A DNA stretch of 24,000 nt. Origin: Gordonia alkaliphila (GTDB taxonomy: Bacteria > Actinomycetota > Actinomycetes > Mycobacteriales > Mycobacteriaceae). Position 1 is the stretch's first letter, and each line of letters begins with the position of its first letter. Of the stretch, positions 8,772 to 15,560 are shown in pieces. The position numbers were made by a program, and so were the translations under genes. The DNA lies in the NCBI RefSeq assembly GCF_039542465.1, contig NZ_BAABIE010000001.1, forward strand, positions 372,306 to 396,305, in the 5' to 3' direction. The notes under the pieces are model-generated. The model worked only from the letters and a program-made list of their open reading frames with translations. It had not been told where the DNA came from and ran no database searches.

Positions 8772-10343
8772 TCAGGTCCAGCTGGGCAGCCAGAGCTGCA
8801 TGTTCCACAGGTCGTTGCTGATCGGCACGCCGGTGAGGATTGGCCAGTGGAAGGCGAAGTTGGTCACCACGAGTCCGACGTAGAGCGCCACCCCGAGGAC
8901 GGCGATCAGCCGCGTCGTCGACAATCGATCTCTTCCCGCACTGGAGAGGACGTCCCCGCAAACCAGCGCCAAGCCCATCACCAGGAACGGCGCCATCGCG
9001 GTGGCGTAGAAGAAGTACATCTGGCGGTCGATCGAGAAGAACCAGGGGAGGATGGCGGCGCCGTAGCCGACGAGGACGGCGGCGTAGCGCCAGTCCCGGC
9101 GGAAGATGGTGCGCCACAGCGCCCACACCAGCATGGGCAGGGCCAGCCACCACAGGGCGGGCGTGCCGATGAGCATCTGGGCGCGAATGCAGTCGCCGCC
9201 GCCGCACTGATCGGGGCCGTAGGAGATCGCGTAGAGCATGGGACGCAGCGCCATCGGCCACGTCCACGGCTTGGACTCCCACGGGTGGTGATTGCCCGCG
9301 GCGTTGGTGAGGCCGGAGTGGAACTCGAGGATCCCGGTCTCGTAATACCAGAACGAACGAATCGCGGCCGGCACCCACGAGAAGGTGCCGTCGACGCCCA
9401 CCTCGGTGCCGACCACGTAGCGGTACACCGAGGTCTCCGCGCGGAACCACACCGCGAAGAAGGCGAGGTACATCGTCACCGGCAGCACCGCCAGCGAGGC
9501 CCCCGACGGAACCAGATCGCGCGCCAGGACGCCCTTGTACGGCTTGCGCACGTGGTAGGCCTTGCGAGCGGCCAGGTCGAACCCGAGGGACATCAGGGTG
9601 AAGAAGACGACGAAGTACATGCCCGACCATTTGGTGCCGCAGGCCAGACCCAACATCACGCCGGCGGTGAAGCGGTACCAGCGGAAGCCCAGCCGGGGTC
9701 CGAGCGGGCTCAGGTGCATGCGGCCCTCGACGTAGGCGCGGTGCATGCGGGCGCGCATCTGGTCGCGGTCGGCGATGAGGGCGGCGAAGGCGAGCACCAC
9801 GAAGAGCGCCTGGAAGATGTCGAGCATGCCCATGCGGGACTGCACGAACAGCACGCCGTCGCAGATGGCGAAGATGCCGGCCAGCGCCCCGATCAACGTG
9901 GACCGCGACATCCGGCGCACGGTCAGATAGATCGCCAGGACGATGATGACGCCGGAGACGGCGGCGGTGAATCGCCAGCCCATCGGCCCGTAGCCGAACA
10001 TCGCCTCGCCGATCGCCAGCATCCATTTGCCGACGGGCGGGTGCACCACCAGGCCGTACGCGGGATTGTCCTCGATCCAGCCGCCGCCGGTCAGCGCCTG
10101 CCAGCCCTGCGGCACGTAATGCTTCTCGTCGAAGACGGGCGTGCCGTCGTCGGTCGGATGGGTGAGGTCCCAGAAGCGCGTCACGATCGCGATCAGGGTC
10201 AGCACGACGCCGACGATGAAGCCGCGTCGACGGTCGGTCGCGCCGAAGATCGGCTCGGGAATCTCCGGGCCGGGAGCGGTGCCGAGGTCCTCGGTGCGCG
10301 CGCGGGGTGCGACGGTGGCGCGATCGAGGACGGCTGGACTCAC
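8772..10343 (-). CDS. pmt: Dolichyl/polyprenyl-phosphate-mannose--protein O-mannosyltransferase (Rv1002c-like)
   Basis: 523-aa polytopic membrane protein with a GTG start. Contains FDEKHYVPQGW and HPPVGKW motifs typical of the GT39/PMT family. It is divergent from rsmI, as in M. tuberculosis. Confidence 0.9.
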   Translation of the reverse strand: MSPAVLDRATVAPRARTEDLGTAPGPEIPEPIFGATDRRRGFIVGVVLTLIAIVTRFWDLTHPTDDGTPVFDEKHYVPQGWQALTGGGWIEDNPAYGLVVHPPVGKWMLAIGEAMFGYGPMGWRFTAAVSGVIIVLAIYLTVRRMSRSTLIGALAGIFAICDGVLFVQSRMGMLDIFQALFVVLAFAALIADRDQMRARMHRAYVEGRMHLSPLGPRLGFRWYRFTAGVMLGLACGTKWSGMYFVVFFTLMSLGFDLAARKAYHVRKPYKGVLARDLVPSGASLAVLPVTMYLAFFAVWFRAETSVYRYVVGTEVGVDGTFSWVPAAIRSFWYYETGILEFHSGLTNAAGNHHPWESKPWTWPMALRPMLYAISYGPDQCGGGDCIRAQMLIGTPALWWLALPMLVWALWRTIFRRDWRYAAVLVGYGAAILPWFFSIDRQMYFFYATAMAPFLVMGLALVCGDVLSSAGRDRLSTTRLIAVLGVALYVGLVVTNFAFHWPILTGVPISNDLWNMQLWLPSWT

Positions 10344-10376
10344 CTGGCCGATGGTAGAGGAAGGTAGGTTGGCCAG

Positions 10377-11225
10377 GTGACTGGAGCACTCGTCTTAGCC
10401 GGTACGCCGATGGGACAGCCCGGCGACGCCTCCCCGCGACTGCGGGAGGCCTTGGCGTCCGCGGACATCGTGGCCGCCGAGGACACGCGGCGGGCCCGCG
10501 GCTTGGCGTCGTCGTTGGACGTGACGATCGGCGGAAAGCTGGTCAGCTACTACGACCACGTCGAAGCCCAGCGCGCGCCGCAATTGGTGGAGGCGATCGC
10601 CGACGGCGCCACCGTTCTGCTGATCACCGATGCGGGCATGCCGTCGGTGAGCGACCCCGGTTATCGACTCGTCGCCGCCTGCGCGGCCGCCGACCTGCGC
10701 GTGACCTGTCTGCCCGGCCCGTCCGCGGTGACCACCGCGCTGGCGCTGTCGGCGCTGCCTTCGGAGCGGTTCTGCTTCGACGGCTTCGCTCCGCGCAAGC
10801 CCGGCGCTCGCCACGACTGGCTGGCGTCGCTGCGCACCGAGCCGCGCACCGTGGTCTTCTTCGAATCACCGCACCGGCTGGCCCAGACCTTGGCCGACGC
10901 CGCGCAGGTGCTGGGCGACGACCGGTCGGCGGCGGTGTGCCGCGAACTGACCAAGACCTACGAAGAGGTCAAGCGCGGCGGTCTCGGCGAGCTGGCTCGG
11001 TGGGCCGCCGACGGCGTCAAGGGCGAGATCACGGTGGTCGTCGCCGGCGCTTCGGCGATCGACGACGAAGCGGACCTCGAGTCGGTGGTGGCCGCGGCCG
11101 AGAGGCTGGCCGACGCTGGCAGTCGTCTCAAGGATGCGTGCGAGCAGGCGGCGGCGGGGACGCCGTTCAGTCGCCGCGAGGTCTACGAAGCGGTACTGGC
11201 CGCCCGCCGCGCGGCCGACAACTGA
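10377..11225 (+). CDS. rsmI: 16S rRNA (cytidine1402-2'-O)-methyltransferase RsmI (Rv1003-like)
   Basis: 282-aa ORF with a GTG start after GAGGAAGG. Tetrapyrrole-methylase-fold motifs are present: LAGTPMGQPGD, AAEDTR, ITDAGMPSVSDPG, FFESPHR. Confidence 0.9.
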   Translation: MTGALVLAGTPMGQPGDASPRLREALASADIVAAEDTRRARGLASSLDVTIGGKLVSYYDHVEAQRAPQLVEAIADGATVLLITDAGMPSVSDPGYRLVAACAAADLRVTCLPGPSAVTTALALSALPSERFCFDGFAPRKPGARHDWLASLRTEPRTVVFFESPHRLAQTLADAAQVLGDDRSAAVCRELTKTYEEVKRGGLGELARWAADGVKGEITVVVAGASAIDDEADLESVVAAAERLADAGSRLKDACEQAAAGTPFSRREVYEAVLAARRAADN

Positions 11226-11271
11226 TCGCGCAGTCGTCGGCTCGACTTCCTCGGAACGGATGAAGCCGCGG

Positions 11272-12640
11272 CTAGCCTGGATCTTTCATCGGTGAATTCG
11301 AATCGCCAGGCCTAAAGCATGAAGAAAGGTGCTCTCACCTGCGATAATCGTTCTTGCGACAGCACGATTACGTCAGAGCGAAGGAGCACCTTTCTGGTGA
11401 ACAACTCTACCGTGTTCTATCCACACATCCACGCCACCGGCGACGGCGAGAACCTCGTGTCCCACGCCGGAACTGTCCTGTTGACCCGGACCGTCGAGGC
11501 CAGCAGCCTGGCAGCCGAGGTATCGACCGCACTGGCGCCGTGGCGCACACCGTTGGCGACGCATGATCCGGGCAAGATCATCGCCGACCTCGCCGTCGCG
11601 TTGGTCGCCGGCGGCGACTGTCTCGCCGACATCGCGACCATCCGCGAACGCCCCGATACCTTCGGCCACGTCGCCTCGGACCCGACGGTGTCCCGCCTGA
11701 TCTCCACCCTGGCCAAGTCGCCGATCCAGGCGCTGTCGGCGATCGCCGCCGCGCGAGCGGCGACCCGGGCACGCGTGTGGTCGCTGGCCGGCACCGCCGC
11801 GCCGAACCATGCCATCTCAGCGAAGAAGCCACTGGTCATCGACCTCGACGCGACCCTGGTCACCGCGCACTCCGACAAGCAATCGGCTGCAGGAAATTAC
11901 AAGGGAGGCTACGGATTCCATCCGATGACCGCGTTCATCGACCACGGGCCCGGCGGCGCCGGGGAAGCCGGAACGATCCTGCTACGGCCAGGCAATGCCC
12001 GTGGTCGTGCGGCGAGAGAAACCGCATCCGGGTGCGCAACTGCGGATCACCGACCGCAACGGGTGGCGGCTGACCGCATTCGCTACGAACACCAAGCTCG
12101 GGCAGCTCGCGGATCTGGAACTGCGGCATCGCCGCCGTGCGCGGTGCGAGGATCGGATCCGGCAGAGCAAGGATTGTGGCCTGCTGAATCTGCCGCTGTT
12201 CTCGTTCGCGCAGAACCAGGTATGGACTGCGATCGTCGCGCTGGCATTCGACCTGAACGCGTGGATGCAGATGCTGGCGTTGACCAGCACGAACGCCCGA
12301 ACCTGGGAGTTGAAGACATTGCGTCTGCGGTTGTTCGCGATCGCGGCCAGGATCGCTCGCCACGCCCGTCAACGACGCCTGCGGTTCGATGCCCACGCCA
12401 AGCACACCAGGCTGCTCATCGCTGGGCTTCATCGGCTCGACGCATTCACCAACACCAGCTGACCACCAGTTCCCGCTGGTATCCGAACGACCTGAAAGAC
12501 ACCCTCCGGGCCCGTGAAACCCGGCCGCGATCCGGCGGCATCCGGCCAGCCTGTCGTACCCGACCTGCATAATCTGCTCCGCCGCAATCAATCCGAACCG
12601 CTCAGGCCGGGAGAAAACCACGACGAAAGATTGAGGCTAG
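11272..12640 (+). mobile_element. IS1380-family insertion sequence, internally deleted
   Basis: Terminal inverted repeats CTAGCCTGGATCTTTCATCG (11272-11291) and the reverse complement of 12621-12640 (CTAGCCTCAATCTTTCGTCG) match at 17 of 20 positions. They enclose the split transposase. The element is about 1.37 kb, shorter than typical IS1380 members. Confidence 0.8.
11397..12462 (+). pseudogene. IS1380-family transposase, broken by an out-of-frame internal deletion near 11997-12003
   Basis: The N-terminal part runs from the GTG at 11397 (after AAGGAG): VNNSTVFYPHIHATGDGENLVSHAG...ILLRPGNA. The C-terminal part is in another frame (track ORF 11995..12462): PVVVRREKPHPGAQLRITD...LELRHRRRARCEDRIRQSKD. 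About 100+ central codons expected between GNA and the RREKPHPGAQL block are missing. Confidence 0.8.
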
Positions 12641-12858
12641 GAGAACGTGTGGCCTGAGAATATGGCGAAACTTCCCCGTCGCATTTGTCGAATCATCTCC
12701 GTGGGTGTCCAATATGCCTCGGGGGAAGAATCCTCCCACTATCGGCAACTCGAAGCCGAGACCACTCCACAGGGAGTATCGGCAGGGTTGGGGGAAGCGT
12801 TACATCGGGGGATTGTGGTCCTTCGGTGTCCGCATGGACTACAAGGGGGCTCGTCTCG

Positions 12859-13539
12859 ATGAGGCGTATCACCAGACTTCTACTGCTCACCGTTCTCGCT
12901 GCGTTCACGTTGGCGGGATCATTGCTCGCCGGACCGGCGGACGCGAAGACCCATCACACGCGTGAAGGCGTCGACATCACGCTGACCGCCTCGAAGCTCA
13001 AGGCGAAGAAGATTCCGGCACTGGACGCCTCGCCGCTGTCGGGCGAAGCGCTGCTGTCCTCGGACGTGCACGCAGCACTCAAGGGCATCGACGGCAAGAC
13101 CGTCCGTGCAACGGTCGAGGTCGGCTACAAGATCGGCTACCCGGTCTCGGTCGCGCCCTCGGGCGTGAATGTCGCCGCACACACGCCCGAGCTGAAGCTG
13201 ACCGGCGGCCTCAACGCCAAGGTCGCACCCGAGGTCACCATCTCCGGCAGCGGCGGCGGCGCCAAGCTCGGCGAGATCGGCGCAGAGCTCGGTGCCGAAG
13301 CGACCGTTATCCCGGCCGCGGACCTCGAGTTCGAGGTCGGCGCGGGCAAGATCACCACCGTCACACTCGCCGACATCGCGCTGACCCAGCCCGTCGCCGA
13401 CATCGTCCTGTCCGGTGTCGAGCTGAACGTGTCCAACGCTCTCGGACCGATCTCGGTGCGACCGTTCGCCAAGATTAGCGTCACGACTGATACCGGTGTG
13501 TACGTGTACTACGACCACGGCCCCAACAGCCGCATCTGA
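12859..13539 (+). CDS. MspA-family mycomembrane porin (copy 1), Sec signal peptide
   Basis: Track ORF 12685..13539, trimmed to the ATG at 12859 after AAGGGGG. Signal peptide MRRITRLLLLTVLAAFTLAGSLLAGPADA|K. Blocks TVEVGYKIGYPVSV, VAPEVTISGSGGG and ISVRPFAKISVTTDTGVYVYY align to M. smegmatis MspA blocks LELGYQIGFPWSL, PGVSISADLGNG and LLRPFARLIASTGDSVTTY. Confidence 0.75.
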   Translation: MRRITRLLLLTVLAAFTLAGSLLAGPADAKTHHTREGVDITLTASKLKAKKIPALDASPLSGEALLSSDVHAALKGIDGKTVRATVEVGYKIGYPVSVAPSGVNVAAHTPELKLTGGLNAKVAPEVTISGSGGGAKLGEIGAELGAEATVIPAADLEFEVGAGKITTVTLADIALTQPVADIVLSGVELNVSNALGPISVRPFAKISVTTDTGVYVYYDHGPNSRI

Positions 13540-13553
13540 GTAGGGGATCCGCG

Positions 13554-14714
13554 ATGTATGTACATTTCGATCGTGCTAGAAGAGAGCACGGACTACTAGT
13601 TGGTGCGCTCGCAGGAATCGCGACGATGACTGTCGCCTTCATACTTGTGCTTACGCTCGCCCCATCGCCGGCGTCGGCTGAAACACCTGCCCAACGTTGC
13701 AAACGGGAGACAGCGGCATATAACGCGGGGTGGGCGGCTATAGGAAGGAAGCCACCTGCTCCGTACAAATGTGGCGGCAGCAATAAACCGCCACCCACCC
13801 TATCTCCAGCCGAACCTGGCGACCATGGCGAAGAAACTGAGGAAAAATCGCCCCCTGAAAAGGGAACGCCAGACGGCGCCGACACCGGTCGTAGTGGAGG
13901 CCCAAGCCTCAAACCGCCCACCGAGCGCAACGACAATGCCAGCGGCGTCGACCCAAATCAGCCGAGCGTAGCACCTTCTCCCGGAATGAACCGGCCCGAA
14001 AGGCGAGAAGTTCAAGCGTGTACTCAATACCGTTTCGACACGGGGCGTTGTCTCCCCTTTAACTCTCCCGCCAAGCATGCTGCCGACCGGGTGATCGCTA
14101 CGATCACGCAAGCGATTCGCCAGGGCTACGAAATCCAGGTTCGGCGTTACATCGATCGTACAAGAGCTGTGTGGCCATCGTCCCGCCTTGCCGAGATTGA
14201 GGCCGCTGTCGTACGGGCAAGGGCCGCGCGTGACCTCGGTGTCACTGGCCAGTATGATGGATCGGTCAAAAGCCGCAATAGGTGGGTCTATGATCAGCTT
14301 CACGATGTTGGCTACTGCAACAACTCGGGGAATTGTAGTCTGGAGTTCAAGCTTCGAGTCAATTACGAAATCTACCTGAATGTTGCTACTAAGAAGCCGG
14401 AGGCGCTACTTCGCGGACAGATATCACGCCCAGACGGGGGACAGTTCCGCATCACGAATCATCAATGCGTGGTAATGAAAGACGACCTATTCGATAACGC
14501 GGTCGGGCGCTATAATGAGTGTGGAATCACGGAATACAAAACTTCTAGCTACCAAATACTCGACGGATCGTCGACCACTATGACGCGGGGGAAGTTTCAC
14601 TACTTCCAGGCGACTGTTTTTATCGCTGCGCCAGAGCAGGCAGTAGGGCCGCAACCGGCACCGCGATCACCTCGATGGTTCACCGCAGACAACGGTGATC
14701 AGTGGTTCTACTAG
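13554..14714 (+). CDS. Secreted polymorphic-toxin-like protein 1: conserved N-terminal module, Pro-rich linker, unique Cys-rich C-terminal domain of unknown fold
   Basis: 386-aa ORF starting 14 nt after the porin stop, with SD AGGGGA. Signal peptide ...LAPSPASA|ETPAQRCKRETAAYN. Residues about 43-135 are shared with the 20364 product (ETPAxRCKRETAAYN, PYxCGG, GPSLxPxTERNxxAxGVD). The C-terminal 250 aa or so are unrelated to the paralog and markedly lower in G+C. Confidence 0.7.
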   Translation: MYVHFDRARREHGLLVGALAGIATMTVAFILVLTLAPSPASAETPAQRCKRETAAYNAGWAAIGRKPPAPYKCGGSNKPPPTLSPAEPGDHGEETEEKSPPEKGTPDGADTGRSGGPSLKPPTERNDNASGVDPNQPSVAPSPGMNRPERREVQACTQYRFDTGRCLPFNSPAKHAADRVIATITQAIRQGYEIQVRRYIDRTRAVWPSSRLAEIEAAVVRARAARDLGVTGQYDGSVKSRNRWVYDQLHDVGYCNNSGNCSLEFKLRVNYEIYLNVATKKPEALLRGQISRPDGGQFRITNHQCVVMKDDLFDNAVGRYNECGITEYKTSSYQILDGSSTTMTRGKFHYFQATVFIAAPEQAVGPQPAPRSPRWFTADNGDQWFY

Positions 14715-14734
14715 ATTAACTAGGAGAGTTAACC

Positions 14735-15016
14735 GTGGGATTAGTGCCTAGCGATGATGAGCTACGGACGCTTGAGCGAAGGGGCCTTCTATCGGCGGTG
14801 CTCTTTTACGCCGAAAACTTCGGGGCGGTTAGCTCTACCGTTCTTGATGCAAGTAGCCGAGTCGAGGCGGTTGAGAAACTGAAGGAAATGTATGGCTTCA
14901 GCGTTGAACAGGCGGATCTAATTCTCGCCACGCAGTTGCAAACGATTCTTCCCGATCGGATCTCGGCAATCAGAGAGGAGCTGGAGTGGATTGATTTAAA
15001 TTTGAATCGACCGTAA
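14735..15016 (+). CDS. Small cytoplasmic protein, candidate cognate immunity/partner of toxin-like protein 1
   Basis: 93-aa ORF with a GTG start 8 nt after AGGAGAG and 20 nt after the upstream stop. It has no signal peptide and low G+C like the upstream C-terminal domain. It contains the helix motif FSVEQADLILATQLQTILPDRISAIREEL. Confidence 0.6.
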   Translation: MGLVPSDDELRTLERRGLLSAVLFYAENFGAVSSTVLDASSRVEAVEKLKEMYGFSVEQADLILATQLQTILPDRISAIREELEWIDLNLNRP

Positions 15017-15039
15017 ATGGAAATTCCACTATGTGTGGA

Positions 15040-15339
15040 TTCCGGCGGTGGGGCGCCAATGGTTGGTGCGGGGACCTCAACGAGCGGGGCATCGTGGTTC
15101 GGTTGCTGACCGAGGGCTGGGCTCGGGCACCTACACCGGACAGATGATGATCGGCATCCTGTTGCTGGTGGCCGAGTGCGAGGTGTCCCTCAAGGCTGAG
15201 CGTGCTGAGGCCAAGCGGGAGTTGATCCGCAAGCGGCGATTCGCCGGGCGCAGGTCAACGGCGAGACGGTGGCGGGGTTGGCCAGGGTCGCGGGGTATCG
15301 CGACCGACGATCTATCGGATGCTGGAGGGTCAGAAATGA
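15040..15339 (+). pseudogene. Serine recombinase (resolvase/invertase) C-terminal remnant with several frameshifts
   Basis: Resolvase-like pieces read across three frames. They are DLNERGIVVRLLTEG (from 15073), TGQMMIGILLLVAECEVSLKAER, PQAAIRRAQVNGETVAGLARVAG and VSRPTIYRMLEGQK* (stop 15337-15339). The N-terminal catalytic Ser region is absent. Confidence 0.6.
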
Positions 15340-15416
15340 ATGCATCGAATGCCCGCGATGGCCGACCAGATGGATGCGGTGGGGGTGAGTGATCCGTCCC
15401 GGTGTTTCCGGAGAGT

Positions 15417-15560
15417 TCACCTTGTGAGTGCCCCCTCCGGATTGGGGGTGGCAATCCGATCGTAGTGGAGTCGCTCGGCGTGGTCGGGGGTGAGGTCGTG
15501 GCAGTAGCTGGTCGTTGCCGGTTGTAGAACACGACCCACTCGGCGGTGGCCAGGGAAAGT
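15417..15560 (-). pseudogene. IS3/rve-type transposase C-terminal remnant, cut by the ISL3 insertion
   Basis: The minus strand reads LATAEWVVFYNRQRP. After a 1-nt frame change it continues SYCHDLTPDHAERLHYDRIATPNPEGALTR* (stop complement 15417-15419). This is typical of the end of an integrase-core transposase (W..YN..RPH..L...TP). It abuts the ISL3 inverted repeat at 15561. Confidence 0.5.

Noticed and set aside
7249-10389. ORFs 7249..8661(+), 8698..10389(-) and 8847..10367(+)
   Set aside because: They are shadows of the DUF222/HNH and Pmt genes. The Pmt frame (8772..10343) carries the GT39 motifs and TM helices, whereas the others are Arg/Pro/Gly-rich.
12685-12858. 58-codon N-terminal extension of the porin 1 ORF, and the overlapping 71-aa and 86-aa ORFs
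   Set aside because: The extension lacks G/C-ending codon bias. A good SD (AAGGGGG) and a canonical signal peptide start at the ATG at 12859. The porin 2 paralog starts at the equivalent position.
15019-15045. Imperfect hairpin GGAAATTCCAC-TATGT-GTGGATTCCGG considered as a rho-independent terminator of cassette 1
   Set aside because: The stem has a bulge or mismatch and no U-tract follows. It is kept only as a border motif within other findings, not called as a terminator.
15033-15392. 119-aa plus-strand track ORF
   Set aside because: It is not a gene in its own right. It is one of three frames that together carry pieces of a decayed resolvase, and only its middle part (GQMMIGILLLVAE..) is resolvase-like.
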